Counted from the stretch's first letter, positions 11,501 to 22,395 are shown. The stretch is 64,000 bases of DNA from an uncultured Spirochaetales bacterium (GCA_964440465.1 CAYTSI010000002.1:15559-79558), one strand, 5' to 3'. Program-made: numbers and translations. The notes: a model not told the origin generated them from the letters alone.

Positions 11501-12089
11501 AATCGACCCCGCGGTCGGATGGGTACAGCAGGAAGAGCAGTCCTTTCAGCCGGAATCGGTGCAGTTCGCGTTGCAGTACAAGCCGCGGTTCGACCCCTTC
11601 TGGAAAAACCGGCTCCGCTTCGGGATAAACCTGCAGACAGCCTGGAATATCAGTTTGCTGCAGTATACGAGCAGCTCACTTTCCTTTCAACTCGATTTTA
11701 CCTTCGCCATACATGAATTTCTTAAAATATCATTCGGCATCCACAGTGAAAACACCGAAATGTACCGGTATTTTCAAAAACCCTGCGATGAAGTCGGCGT
11801 ACCGAAACGGCGGTTTGGCACGGATTTGCTAAAATCTCTGAACATATTTTCCATGGATGACAGGGTGGACTCCCCTTTTAACGCCAGAAGTGTAACACTT
11901 TCCGTTGTCCACCACCTCCGCGACTGGGACCTGAATATTGATTATTCCGGCAGTCCACTACTCGAAACCGGCGATGGGGGAATGCAGTCCTACAAGTGGG
12001 ACTGGTCTCTTTCCTTCTACGTCCAGTGGAACCCGATACCCGAATTGAAGCGGAAAATACAGGGGAACGACGAGGAGATAATCTATTAA
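8514..12089 (+). CDS. LptD/OstA-like giant outer-membrane protein (TP0515-like)
   Basis: TTG start right after uvrA. Hydrophobic N-terminus. An OstA_N-like segment (IRAEEIYFNQTKNILAAEGNVVYTL). 1191 aa with aromatic-rich beta-strand-like C-terminal region. Same uvrA then LptD-like order as T. pallidum TP0514-TP0515. Confidence 0.55.
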   Translation: MPRFTGFVCILFFFPALFLYTRDLDDITAAEMRRTAAEETEETEATLLEKTLRIDIDTAGYFELLAWCKRAGLPEQGDKKTLAGRLYSYYNIPPEKTEEEAGKGKKITIESAKTTDYFTVEEVEEDYIIVKGDVIIRILDEEKGSEHSIRAEEIYFNQTKNILAAEGNVVYTLTENGKEETFFGKSLHFSLDTWEGVFFQGVSVSDQQIEEETVTFRYYGDTIYRSEKDAIRLEDGIISSSKPKEPYYRIEAKKIWVLAPGEWAILGASIYVGEIPMMYLPFFFRNRDKVVFRPSMGFRDKGGFFLQTTTYFIGEADPDEDTLSFLQLGAADDGTAKKVLKGIYLRSEGTLTREEQQEKQALRQAGTYGKLMFDAYSRLGVFTGLDINIGETEWLKNVVLFAGIARSRDIFIDPETGWYTPYWVTPEGAVASRWNTSYIAGNEVPFRYGMQAALLLSHPVFSIDGNIETFSDPSFSRDFFDRREETDWREFIGISEEADLTEGPGETVESAEGERETNRLSWYARGKLTPKAEFLHPYVTDLQISRADVGVNWKTKEMEITDENLPAEESRTEYSLPEKRFFYPDTMLLPSAAASLSGQVVNVRFPRDKKKPEEEEKEREEFPGKGLLRPWPAAENPDTEAAAEEGEIAGPPKLRVPDSLTDAALPKLPGPVLYRQSLSYSLKPSVSVDHRLNSGLWESHRDIDFAKKFSLLYTQNSFEVSSQSDFYNSLAAVKDTVTLSGAYKDHFNRSDDIGEEEWANYKLDDYTATAFLTVNDLTAAIKPFMTVAVLEQSAVTYNLQTVLFKKEYSKTDENGNPVFTDSAASWDKEFIPKHSLSSNVILRALEEDQKLSLEYVLPPLLQLVSARLTLQTGPFGHYIAWSTGEKELEEDPEQTEWKMNPLELQESFSLKEYLLVRQRFLYSFEFSRWSESKSTLRLSFFEKNLTLQEVFIFGFANDEALESGPPLFDHPFSSVTELKIWWFSAAFRAKNTYAYEIDPAVGWVQQEEQSFQPESVQFALQYKPRFDPFWKNRLRFGINLQTAWNISLLQYTSSSLSFQLDFTFAIHEFLKISFGIHSENTEMYRYFQKPCDEVGVPKRRFGTDLLKSLNIFSMDDRVDSPFNARSVTLSVVHHLRDWDLNIDYSGSPLLETGDGGMQSYKWDWSLSFYVQWNPIPELKRKIQGNDEEIIY

Positions 12090-12109
12090 TTCGCCTTGAC
12101 GAAGGCTGA

Positions 12110-13078
12110 TTGAGGGCTATACACTTACAGACGATGACAATTGTATTGGAAGATAAGAGCGTTGTACCCGACTTGTGCGGCGTCAACGATGAGAATTTAA
12201 AAATAATCGAAACATTACTCCAAGAGCGGGTGTTTTCAAAGGGAAATGAACTCTTCTTTCTGTCGGAAGACAGGGAGAAACAGAGGGTGTTCCGGAACAT
12301 GATAGAACAGCTCGAAGACCACGCGCGGACGGGACATCATCCGGGTCCGGACCTCATCCGGTCAATTTTCAGGACATTGCGCAGTCCGGAAGATGAGGAC
12401 CCGGGACAGCTTATTGAATCGATGATCAATATCCCCGGTTACGCGAAGGTTTTTCCGAAAAGCCTTCACCAGGCGCGGTATGTCGGGGCGTTACAGCAGT
12501 TCGATATTGTGTTCGGAATAGGACCTGCCGGGACCGGGAAGACCTATCTCGCGATTGCCTCGGCTTTAGCGGAAATTATCGACAAGCAGAAGACGAAACT
12601 TGTCCTTACCCGCCCCGTTGTGGAGGCGGGGGAGAACCTCGGATTTCTTCCCGGAGACTTGACCCAGAAAATAAGTCCGTACCTCAGACCGCTGTACGAT
12701 GCCATCGACTCCTTTATCCCCTACGAACTGGAGCATAAACTGGAGGACACCCGGATTATAGAAATTGCACCCCTCGCGTATATGCGGGGAAGGAGCCTTC
12801 AAGACAGTATTATTATCCTCGATGAAGCACAAAATACGACGAAAGCGCAGATGAAGATGTTTCTGACCCGCATCGGGAAAAACTCAAAGGCAATTATCAC
12901 CGGTGACGTTACGCAAATCGATCTGCCGAAGAAAAACCGGTCCGGGCTCGTGCATGCCGAAAAAATATTGAGAGGGATCCCGGGTATCAATTTTACTTTT
13001 TTTGACGGACAGGATGTTATTCGGAACCCTCTTATAAAAAAAATAATAGAAGCGTATGAAAAAGAAGAAAAACAGTAA
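12110..13078 (+). CDS. ybeZ: PhoH-like ATPase (YbeZ)
   Basis: Walker A GPAGTGKTYLA. PhoH-family motifs LTRPVVEAGENLGFLPGD and IILDEAQNTT. Start is either TTG 12110 or ATG 12134. Confidence 0.85.
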   Translation: MRAIHLQTMTIVLEDKSVVPDLCGVNDENLKIIETLLQERVFSKGNELFFLSEDREKQRVFRNMIEQLEDHARTGHHPGPDLIRSIFRTLRSPEDEDPGQLIESMINIPGYAKVFPKSLHQARYVGALQQFDIVFGIGPAGTGKTYLAIASALAEIIDKQKTKLVLTRPVVEAGENLGFLPGDLTQKISPYLRPLYDAIDSFIPYELEHKLEDTRIIEIAPLAYMRGRSLQDSIIILDEAQNTTKAQMKMFLTRIGKNSKAIITGDVTQIDLPKKNRSGLVHAEKILRGIPGINFTFFDGQDVIRNPLIKKIIEAYEKEEKQ

Positions 13079-15278
13079 TTCATCTTCAACCGTCGGCATT
13101 TTTCATATACGTTCCAGCTCAGGCAGGGACAAGGTCCGGGCCCTTATCATTGCCGCTGCCTTTCTCGCGGCCTACGGACTGCTGCTGACGTTTACCCCCT
13201 TGTCATTCCGGTACACCAGCGTAAACGGCAGCCGATATGACCCGGGGGGGCCGGCGGAACGGGACATTGTCGTTGCAAATGATATTATTTATACCGACGA
13301 AGAGGCGACGGCAACGAAAATTGAGGCGGAGCAGCGCTTAGTCCCTCCGGTTTTTAAAGTAAGCGAAACCGTAACGGAAGCGGTCCTTGCCAACTACAAG
13401 GCCGTCCGCGAGATTTTTACCCGGAACAGGTTTACTGAAAAGGACCCCCAGTTGGTTTTTACGGAAATCCAGGCAACACTTCCCAATGAATTCAGTTACG
13501 AACAGATAGAACTGTTAACTTTATTTCCCGGGGTACACGAAATATTTTCCGCCGGTAGGGACATCCTCGAAACACTATTGACACGGGGGTTAATCAACCC
13601 GGCGGTTGTAGAGGAGGTTTTTATACCGGGGGTCGTCGAAGTGTGGAGGTGGAAGGAAGAACGGTATGAGAAAACAATACTGCCGAAAGATGAGGTAATA
13701 ACCCTCGAGACCCTCCCGGCCGCGGTACGCCGGGAAGCGGCGGAACTCGGTGTTCCCGCTGAATATACCGGGTATATTGAACTTCTCGTAACACAATTAG
13801 CCGAAACAAACGCCTTCTATGACGAAGAAGAAACACTGGTGAAGAAAGAAAAAATCAGCAAAGAGACATCCCCGGTGAAGAAAAAACTCTCCTCCGGCGA
13901 ATTAATCGTCCGGGAGGGAGAAACCGTTACGGAAAAAATCATCGCGAAGATCAACGTACTGACGGGACATTCGAAACGGGTAAATATCTACAGTTTGGCC
14001 GGGACCGGACTTTTCCTGCTGCTTTTAGTTATTATTTCCGTTTTTCTGTTTCGGCCGCCCCTGACCGCGATACGACTGAACAATATTCAGCTGATTATTC
14101 TTCTGTCCCTCTTTCTCCTGTTCATTCTTTCAGCATTTATATTGGACCGGACGGTACAGCTGGATACCTGGATCCCCTTCGCGGTGCTTCTCCCCGCCGC
14201 GTTCTTTGCAATGCTCATCTCCGTTATCATCAATACCCGAATTTCACTCTACTTTGTGGTCGGCGTTTCAGTTACCGCCCTCTTTATTACCCGCCTCGAT
14301 CCGGTCTCATTCATGTTTGTTTTCTCTTCCGGAATTATCGCCAATATCCTTGTAAAAAATGCCGAAAAGAGGATCGAGCTGGTCCGGAGTGTTTTCATTC
14401 TGGCGGCCCTAAGCGGTATTATCATGCTGATGCTCGGTGCCCTTGAAAGAATCGATGTACGGTATCTGTTACCGGCCTTCGGATGGGGGGTCGCGCACGG
14501 TTTTGCCTCGGGGATAATCAATTTGGGGGTCCTGCCGCTTTTTGAGCACTGGCTGAATATACCGACCCGTTTCCGTCTGCTGGAACTGTCCGACCCGAAC
14601 ACCCCTCTGTTAAAGAAGATGCTGTCCCTCGCGCCGGGGACCTACAGCCATTCTTTAAACGTTGCCAATCTCGCGGAGTCGGCCTGCAAGGAAATCGGCG
14701 CGAACCCGCTTCTCGCCCGGGTCGGCGCGTATTACCACGATATCGGGAAAATCGAGCAGGCGGAATATTTTATTGAAAATCAGAAAGAGGCAAACAAGCT
14801 CATCGGTCTGAATCCGAGTCTTTCAGTTTCGGTCATTAAATCACATGTAAAAATCGGCATTGAAAAGGCAAAGGAACTCAAACTTCCGAAGGCCGTTATC
14901 GATATTATTTCACAGCACCACGGCAGCGGACTTATTAACTACTTTTACACTGAAGCATTGAAAAATGAAAAAAACAGTAAAATTAGCAAGGAAGATTATT
15001 CCTATTCCGAGCCGGTCCCGACAAGCAGGGAGGCGGCGGTAGTAATGCTGGCCGATACCGTGGAAGCCGCGGTCAGGACCTTGAAGAAACCGACACTATC
15101 AAAGATAAGTAAATATGTGTGGGACCTGTTTCTCTACAAAATTACGGAGCAGCAGCTCAACAACAGCGAACTGACCCTGAAAGATCTGGAAACAATTAAA
15201 AATATCTTTGTACATATTTTAGCGGGTTATTTCCACGCCCGGATTGAATATCCTCAGACAAACGGAAACGGGAATTGA
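13056..15278 (+). CDS. 7TM receptor with intracellular HD-GYP-like HD hydrolase domain (7TMR-HD, YqfF-like)
   Basis: N-terminal signal/TM, large extracytoplasmic domain, seven or more TM helices, C-terminal HD domain (HSLNVANLAESACKEIGA...YYHDIGK). Canonical position between phoH and ybeY. Confidence 0.8.
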   Translation: MKKKKNSNSSSTVGIFHIRSSSGRDKVRALIIAAAFLAAYGLLLTFTPLSFRYTSVNGSRYDPGGPAERDIVVANDIIYTDEEATATKIEAEQRLVPPVFKVSETVTEAVLANYKAVREIFTRNRFTEKDPQLVFTEIQATLPNEFSYEQIELLTLFPGVHEIFSAGRDILETLLTRGLINPAVVEEVFIPGVVEVWRWKEERYEKTILPKDEVITLETLPAAVRREAAELGVPAEYTGYIELLVTQLAETNAFYDEEETLVKKEKISKETSPVKKKLSSGELIVREGETVTEKIIAKINVLTGHSKRVNIYSLAGTGLFLLLLVIISVFLFRPPLTAIRLNNIQLIILLSLFLLFILSAFILDRTVQLDTWIPFAVLLPAAFFAMLISVIINTRISLYFVVGVSVTALFITRLDPVSFMFVFSSGIIANILVKNAEKRIELVRSVFILAALSGIIMLMLGALERIDVRYLLPAFGWGVAHGFASGIINLGVLPLFEHWLNIPTRFRLLELSDPNTPLLKKMLSLAPGTYSHSLNVANLAESACKEIGANPLLARVGAYYHDIGKIEQAEYFIENQKEANKLIGLNPSLSVSVIKSHVKIGIEKAKELKLPKAVIDIISQHHGSGLINYFYTEALKNEKNSKISKEDYSYSEPVPTSREAAVVMLADTVEAAVRTLKKPTLSKISKYVWDLFLYKITEQQLNNSELTLKDLETIKNIFVHILAGYFHARIEYPQTNGNGN

Positions 15279-15721
15279 ATTCGACGGATGTAAGTTCACA
15301 TGTCCATGTCTCCGGTCCGACAGCCGAAAGGACCGCTCTGTTCTGCAACAGGGTCCTTGAACTGCTGGGGAAAAAGGATTGGGAGGTGTCCGTTCTCTTC
15401 TGTAATGACCTGGAGATACGGGAACTAAACAAGAATTATCGAAACCTGGACGCGGCAACGAACGTTCTTTCATTTCCCCAGGATGATCATTTTCAGGACC
15501 ATACCCGGTTTTTTGCCGGAGACGTTGTAGTGTCTTTGGAAACGGCGGAACGGGAGAGGGCCGGCGGGGAGGCAACCCTGGAAGATGTGGTAAAACGGCT
15601 TTTAATTCACGGCATACTCCATCTCGACGGGTTTGACCACGGCAGCGATGAGGAGTATAACAAAATGAACAGGTATGAAGAACATATATTGTCCGAACTA
15701 AAGGGAGTAAGGATATTTTGA
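15275..15721 (+). CDS. ybeY: endoribonuclease YbeY (rRNA maturation factor)
   Basis: HGILHLDGFDH zinc-binding motif. 148 aa. ATGA overlap with the upstream gene. Confidence 0.85.
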   Translation: MNSTDVSSHVHVSGPTAERTALFCNRVLELLGKKDWEVSVLFCNDLEIRELNKNYRNLDAATNVLSFPQDDHFQDHTRFFAGDVVVSLETAERERAGGEATLEDVVKRLLIHGILHLDGFDHGSDEEYNKMNRYEEHILSELKGVRIF

Positions 15722-16506
15722 AACAGGAAAATTTTTTCAAGAAGCTGATGAACCGGAAAAAAAACGGCAGACAGGAAGATTTCGACAAGCTCGGCACCAT
15801 CGAGCGGGACATGATTCGGGGGGTTGTGGAGCTGTCGAACACGGCAGTCAAGGAAATTATGGTCCCGAGAATCGATGTCGTTTTTTTGGCCCTGGAAATG
15901 CCCCTGGAGGAGCTGATGTCCAAAATCATCGAGTCCGGACACTCCCGGTTTCCCGTATACGATACCACAATAGATAATGTCGTTGGGGTCCTGTATGTGA
16001 AAGATCTGCTGAATTACTTCTTTACAAATGAAAAAATTGAAATTGGAAAAATAATCCGGAAGGTCTATTTTATTCCCGAAAGCAAGAAATGCGACAGCCT
16101 TCTCCTTGAATTCAAACGGAAACATGTGCATATTGCCGTTGTTGTAGATGAATACGGCGGAGTTTCCGGTATCGCCTGTTTGGAAGATGTTCTCGAGGAA
16201 ATTGTCGGAGAAATTCAGGATGAGTTTGATAATGAAGTGGAAGACATTATCGAAATAAGTCCGGGGACCTATCTCTGCGACGCCCGGGTCGATATCGAGG
16301 ATTTACAGGAACATACCGGAATAAACATTCCCGATGAAGATTTCGACACCCTCGGCGGGTTTGTGTTCGATCTTTTCGGAAAAATTCCCGTTAAATTTGA
16401 AAAGGTGACCAATAAGGGTAATGATTTTATAATACAGGACATGGAAGGCCATAAAATTAAGACGGTCAAAATTATCATGCACCCGGGGTATGAGGATGAA
16501 GAATAA
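15718..16506 (+). CDS. corC: CBS-pair/CorC_HlyC domain protein (CorC-like Mg/Co efflux accessory)
   Basis: Two CBS domains plus a C-terminal transporter-associated domain. TTG start overlapping the ybeY stop (alternative ATG at 15748). Confidence 0.8.
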   Translation: MKQENFFKKLMNRKKNGRQEDFDKLGTIERDMIRGVVELSNTAVKEIMVPRIDVVFLALEMPLEELMSKIIESGHSRFPVYDTTIDNVVGVLYVKDLLNYFFTNEKIEIGKIIRKVYFIPESKKCDSLLLEFKRKHVHIAVVVDEYGGVSGIACLEDVLEEIVGEIQDEFDNEVEDIIEISPGTYLCDARVDIEDLQEHTGINIPDEDFDTLGGFVFDLFGKIPVKFEKVTNKGNDFIIQDMEGHKIKTVKIIMHPGYEDEE

Positions 16507-18592
16507 CAAGGCCGCCGCGATTTTATTTTTTTTCATGCTTCTCCCCCCCGGGGGCATCTTCGCGCAGGCGGACGCCGCGGCCGTCAGGAAGCTGTACGGC
16601 GAGGGGGTTCAGGAATATCGGCAGGAAAACTATTACCGGGCAATTGAACTGTATAAGGAGGCACTGCATCAGTCTCCCGCGTATCTGGACCCCCTGCGGG
16701 GGCTGGCGGAAGCCTACTTTATGCTGGGGGAATACAGGGAGGCGCTGCATTGGTGTGAAGAGGCCCTCCGGTACGACAAAAACAGTCTGGTGCTCAAAAC
16801 GCTGAAGGCCAGGATCTATATCGGTTTAGGAGAATACGGACCCGCGGAAAATCTCTTCCGGGAAGTTCTCGCGGTGGAGCCGTACAATTTTGAAGCCCAG
16901 TTCGGTATGGCGGAACTGGATATCGTCCGGGGAAGGACGGTGCAGGCCCGGCTGTGGTATGAAAAGGCCATGGACCTGCAGCCGGGAAACCGGAGGGCAA
17001 TTCTGTCCCTCGCCCTGGTGTACGAAGCAGCCGGCCGCCTTGAAAAAGCGGAGGAGCTGGTAAAACTCGCGCTTCACCACTATCCCGCGAACTATATGGT
17101 CCAGTATTTGGCGGGAAAACACTATATGAGCAGAGGGAAGCTTGCGAAAGCGGAGATGCACGCGAAAAAGGCGCTGGCATTAAAGCACCATTTTCCCGAA
17201 GCGACCCTGCTTGTCAGTACCATTTACTTGCGGCAGGGTAATTTTGAAAATGTGGTGAAGACGGTAGAAGAACTGATAAAAACCCACGGTGACAATCACC
17301 TTCTCTGGTATACCTTAGGCGCCGCGTACGAAAACACCGGCAGCATTGTAAAAAGCCTCAACGCCTACTCGCGGGTGCTGCGGATCCGGCCGGACGACGA
17401 AATAGCGCGAATTGCAGTTGAAAATCTGGTTACGCGCGAGTATGGGCCCGAAGCGCCGGAGCGGACACGCCTGGGGGAATATCATTTTCAAAAAGGCAGG
17501 ACGCTGCAGAGCAGAAATTATTATCAGCCGGCCTTAGAGGAATACCGGAGGGGGCTTCTGCTGGCGCCGTTTTCCAAAGAGGGGCGCGTACTGCAGGCTG
17601 AAGTATTCAAGGCCTTCGGGTATTACGAAAAATATCTTTCCGAACTGCTGATCCTTGAAAACGAAGGACTGGCGGATAACCGGGTACGGGATGAAATTGA
17701 AATTTATACAAGCTTTCTCGACGATGAAGTGTCGGACAGATGGGGGGTCCGGCAATACCCGTCCCCCCTCGGGGAAAGCGGCGGAGGAGGGGATGAACGC
17801 CGGCTCCTCGACCGGAGTAAGAACCAATTTCCGGTACTCTTCTTCTTTGACGGAAACGCGACAAAGACGGAACATCCGCTGTCGGAAGAAAAAATCGCGG
17901 CCTATTTTCTCAGGAACCTGCGGGGCGGGGAAAAAATCGGCCCGGCGGCCGAGGAGGAGAGGCCCCATCGGTATACTGGATTCGCGGAGGCCTTTCGGCT
18001 GGCAAGAGAGAAGAACAGCGATTTCTTTCTCGTTTTTTCATACCGGGAGAACGGGAGGGCTTTTTCAGCGGAATGCGAACTCTACAATAGCGCTACGGGA
18101 AGCAGCATCCGTTCGTACCGGGTCTTCAGAACGGGAAACGACAAGGTGAAAAACGCGGTCGGCAAATTGTCCGAATATATCGACGCCTCTTTGCCGCTGC
18201 GGGGACTGCTTATTGATAAGAAATTCGATACTGCCGCTATTAATCTCGGCAGGACCGACGGTATCGAGCCGGAAATGCAGTTCAGGATCGTGGAAACGGC
18301 GGCGGTTACGATCAATCCTGAAAACCTGAAGTTTTCCTATCCCGATGACAGCATCCTCGGCACCTTTACCGTAACGGAAACGGACGAACTCATTTCGGAA
18401 GGTACCTTAGAGTCGGCCATTTTTTTCGATTTGATCAATCCCGGCGACACCGTTCTGCCTGCCCCGGAGGTGACTGAAGAAGATCCCGAAGAACAGACGG
18501 AAGGGGTGCAAGAAGAGGAACAACAAGAGGAAGAGCAGATGAGAAGAACGAAGAACATCGATTTATACCGGGAAATCCTTAAAATCCAATAA
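16490..18592 (+). CDS. TPR-repeat protein with signal peptide
   Basis: N-terminal signal (AAILFFFMLLPPGGIFAQA), multiple TPR-like repeats (YYRAIELYKEALHQSP...), acidic C-terminal tail. Confidence 0.6.
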   Translation: MRMKNNKAAAILFFFMLLPPGGIFAQADAAAVRKLYGEGVQEYRQENYYRAIELYKEALHQSPAYLDPLRGLAEAYFMLGEYREALHWCEEALRYDKNSLVLKTLKARIYIGLGEYGPAENLFREVLAVEPYNFEAQFGMAELDIVRGRTVQARLWYEKAMDLQPGNRRAILSLALVYEAAGRLEKAEELVKLALHHYPANYMVQYLAGKHYMSRGKLAKAEMHAKKALALKHHFPEATLLVSTIYLRQGNFENVVKTVEELIKTHGDNHLLWYTLGAAYENTGSIVKSLNAYSRVLRIRPDDEIARIAVENLVTREYGPEAPERTRLGEYHFQKGRTLQSRNYYQPALEEYRRGLLLAPFSKEGRVLQAEVFKAFGYYEKYLSELLILENEGLADNRVRDEIEIYTSFLDDEVSDRWGVRQYPSPLGESGGGGDERRLLDRSKNQFPVLFFFDGNATKTEHPLSEEKIAAYFLRNLRGGEKIGPAAEEERPHRYTGFAEAFRLAREKNSDFFLVFSYRENGRAFSAECELYNSATGSSIRSYRVFRTGNDKVKNAVGKLSEYIDASLPLRGLLIDKKFDTAAINLGRTDGIEPEMQFRIVETAAVTINPENLKFSYPDDSILGTFTVTETDELISEGTLESAIFFDLINPGDTVLPAPEVTEEDPEEQTEGVQEEEQQEEEQMRRTKNIDLYREILKIQ

Positions 18593-19645
<1,053 letters not shown>

Positions 19646-19657
19646 GAGCACCGGTAT

Positions 19658-20839
19658 ATGTCGGTAAAAACAGTCAAAGACATCGATGTAAAGAACAAAC
19701 GGGTAATTATGCGCGCGGACTTCAATGTTCCCCTCAAAGAGGGGAACATTACCGACGATACCCGTATCCGCGCGGCACTTCCGACAATAAAGTATATTCT
19801 AGAGCAGGAAGGCGCCTCCCTCGTGCTGATGAGCCACCTCGGCAGGCCGAAGGGGAAGAAAGATCCGGCCTTCAGCCTGGCACCGGTTGCCGGCAGATTG
19901 TCCGAACTCCTTGGAAAAACCGTAAAAATGGCCCCCGACTGTATCGGGCCGGAAGTCGAGGAAATGACAAAGGGTACGGCCGGAGAAATACTGCTTTTGG
20001 AAAATGTCAGGTTTTACGAAGAAGAAACCGGCAATGACGAAGGCTTCGCGAAAAAACTTGCCGCGCTCGGGGATGTGTATGTAAACGACGCCTTCGGGAC
20101 AGCCCACCGGGCCCACGCGTCGACGGAGGGGATAGCGCGGTTTCTGCCCGCGGTGGCGGGGTTCCTTATTGAAAAAGAAGTTGCATTTTTCAGTCCCCTC
20201 TTAGCAGACCCGAAGCAGCCCTTTGTCGCGGTCATCGGCGGGGCGAAAGTCTCGAGTAAAATCGGTGTTCTCGAAACACTGCTGCCGAAATGTTCCACAC
20301 TCATCATCGGCGGCGGAATGGCATACACTTTTCTGCGCGTGCAGAATTATAGTGTCGGGAAATCTTTGGTTGAGGAGGAGTACCTCGATACCGCGAAAAA
20401 GCTGCTGGATGATGTCGAAAAAATGGGAAAAGAGATCATTCTCCCGGTGGACCATATGGTGGGAGATGAATTTTCAGAGAACGCAAAAGCGGAATACGTG
20501 GATTCGGTCGATATTCCGGACGGCAAAATTGCCATGGATATCGGCCCGGAAACACTGAAGCTGATACAACAGCGGATCGCGGAAGCAGCGTCCCTGGTAT
20601 GGAACGGCCCGATGGGCGTTTTTGAATTTGACGCGTTTGCCAAGGGAACGATGGAAACGGCAACGTACGTTGCAAATTGCAGCGGAACGACCGTTATCGG
20701 CGGCGGCGACAGTGTCGCTGCGGTAAATAAATTCAAACTTGCCGATAAAATCGACCATGTTTCTACCGGCGGCGGTGCTTCACTCGAGTTCCTGGAAGGA
20801 AAAACACTGCCCGGGATAGCGGCGCTGCGGACAAAATAA
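19658..20839 (+). CDS. pgk: phosphoglycerate kinase
   Basis: [17 protein letters not shown] and GGGASLE motifs. 393 aa. Confidence 0.95.
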   Translation: MSVKTVKDIDVKNKRVIMRADFNVPLKEGNITDDTRIRAALPTIKYILEQEGASLVLMSHLGRPKGKKDPAFSLAPVAGRLSELLGKTVKMAPDCIGPEVEEMTKGTAGEILLLENVRFYEEETGNDEGFAKKLAALGDVYVNDAFGTAHRAHASTEGIARFLPAVAGFLIEKEVAFFSPLLADPKQPFVAVIGGAKVSSKIGVLETLLPKCSTLIIGGGMAYTFLRVQNYSVGKSLVEEEYLDTAKKLLDDVEKMGKEIILPVDHMVGDEFSENAKAEYVDSVDIPDGKIAMDIGPETLKLIQQRIAEAASLVWNGPMGVFEFDAFAKGTMETATYVANCSGTTVIGGGDSVAAVNKFKLADKIDHVSTGGGASLEFLEGKTLPGIAALRTK

Positions 20840-20851
20840 AAGGATGGAAAA

Positions 20852-21598
20852 ATGAGGCCATATTATATTGCCGGAAACTGGAAAATGAACAAAACAGCGG
20901 CCGAAGCGGCCGTTTTGGCACAAGAACTTGTCGGGAAGCTGAAGTCCTGCCCCCACAGGCTGCTTATTGCTCCTTCTTTTACTTCAATTCCCGCGGTCGC
21001 TGAAGCGGTAAGGGGAACGAATATCCGTTTGGGGGCCCAGAACATGGCCTCTGTCGAGAGCGGCGCCCATACCGGGGAAGTTTCTGTTCTGATGCTGAAA
21101 GACCTTGGGGTCGGTACGGTAATCCTCGGGCATTCGGAACGGAGACATGTCTACGGTGAAAAAGACGAACGTATCAACGAAAAAGTCCTTCTCGCGCTGC
21201 GGCACGGACTTGAAGTCATTCTCTGTGTCGGGGAAACCCTCGACCAGCGGGAGGCCGGTGAGGTTGAAAACGTTGTTGTCCGGCAGATACGGGAAGGATT
21301 GAAGAATGTCGGCGCCGGGGACATTGCAAATGTGGTAATTGCCTACGAACCGGTTTGGGCAATCGGTACCGGTAAAACAGCGACACCCGAGGACGCGGAA
21401 GCTGTCCATTCGGTAGTGCGGAAAACCATCCGTGACCTGTATTCCGATTCCGTCGCCGATTCGATGATTATTCAGTACGGCGGCAGCGTAAAACCTGAAA
21501 ATGTTTCCGGTCTTATGGCAAAAGAAAATATTGACGGGGCCCTTGTGGGAGGCGCTTCCTTGACATCGGATATGTTTGTTCCGATTGCGGAATTCTAA
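20852..21598 (+). CDS. tpiA: triosephosphate isomerase
   Basis: IAGNWKMN, AYEPVWAIGTGKTA and GGASL motifs. 248 aa. Confidence 0.95.
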   Translation: MRPYYIAGNWKMNKTAAEAAVLAQELVGKLKSCPHRLLIAPSFTSIPAVAEAVRGTNIRLGAQNMASVESGAHTGEVSVLMLKDLGVGTVILGHSERRHVYGEKDERINEKVLLALRHGLEVILCVGETLDQREAGEVENVVVRQIREGLKNVGAGDIANVVIAYEPVWAIGTGKTATPEDAEAVHSVVRKTIRDLYSDSVADSMIIQYGGSVKPENVSGLMAKENIDGALVGGASLTSDMFVPIAEF

Positions 21599-21618
21599 AA
21601 GTAAAAAGGTGTTGATAG

Positions 21619-21969
21619 ATGGGTATTTTAGGAATTGTATTATTAGTGATATTTTTACTCAGCGCGGTGCTTCTCATTGTTCTCGTGCTGATGCAGGATG
21701 AGCAGGGGGAAGGTCTGGGCGGACTTTTCGGCGGCGGAAGCTCAACCACATTCGGTTCGAGATCGGGAAATATTCTAACGAAGTTTACCGGAATTTTGGG
21801 CGCGATATTTCTTACCTGCAGTTTCGGACTTGCCTGGATAAACCGGACCCAGGAAGAAGGAGACGTTATCGGCGCGGCGCGGAAGCGGCAGGCTGAAGAA
21901 ACGAAAATAGAAGCCTGGTGGCTTCCGGAGGACGGAAGCGGCGGCCCGGAGGAAACGGGCGCGGAATAA
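21619..21969 (+). CDS. secG: preprotein translocase subunit SecG
   Basis: Two TM helices with the Gly-rich loop GLGGLFGGGSSTTFGSRSGN. Conserved tpiA-secG adjacency. Confidence 0.8.
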   Translation: MGILGIVLLVIFLLSAVLLIVLVLMQDEQGEGLGGLFGGGSSTTFGSRSGNILTKFTGILGAIFLTCSFGLAWINRTQEEGDVIGAARKRQAEETKIEAWWLPEDGSGGPEETGAE

Positions 21970-21978
21970 CGGCACGTA

Positions 21979-22395
21979 ATGCGGACAGCGGTAGTATTTT
22001 TCAGCGTAAACAAGCGGGACAAACTCCGTGCAATCGCCGGGGAACTGGCGAAAGGAATTGAAGAGCAGGGGTGTTATGTCGACGTAATCGACGCAAACCG
22101 CGATGTGAACTCGAAACTCACGATTTACAACTACATTGTCGTGGGTACGGAACCGCTTTCAGCATTCGGCGGAAAAATAAGCGAGTCAATTGGAACATAC
22201 CTTGCGAACAGCGGAATTGTAGCGGGGAAAAGGTCCTTTGCCTTCATCCTCGGCGGCGGGGTGCGTACCGCAAAAACGCTCACCGCGCTTATGAAAACCA
22301 TGGAACATGAAGGGATGTATTTAAAATATTCCGACGTTATCAACTCACCGGTTGACGCGCGTGAAATCGGCAGGCAGCTGCATATAACTTCATGA
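21979..22395 (+). CDS. hypothetical protein (flavodoxin-like fold suspected)
   Basis: 138 aa with alternating beta/alpha pattern (AVVFFSVNK...IVVGTEP...FAFILGGG). No FMN-binding T/SGNT motif seen. Confidence 0.4.
   Translation: MRTAVVFFSVNKRDKLRAIAGELAKGIEEQGCYVDVIDANRDVNSKLTIYNYIVVGTEPLSAFGGKISESIGTYLANSGIVAGKRSFAFILGGGVRTAKTLTALMKTMEHEGMYLKYSDVINSPVDAREIGRQLHITS

Noticed and set aside
15219-15968. 249-aa minus-strand ORF spanning the ybeY/corC junction
   Set aside because: Antisense to two well-supported genes with conserved motifs. Pro/Arg-rich nonsense composition.
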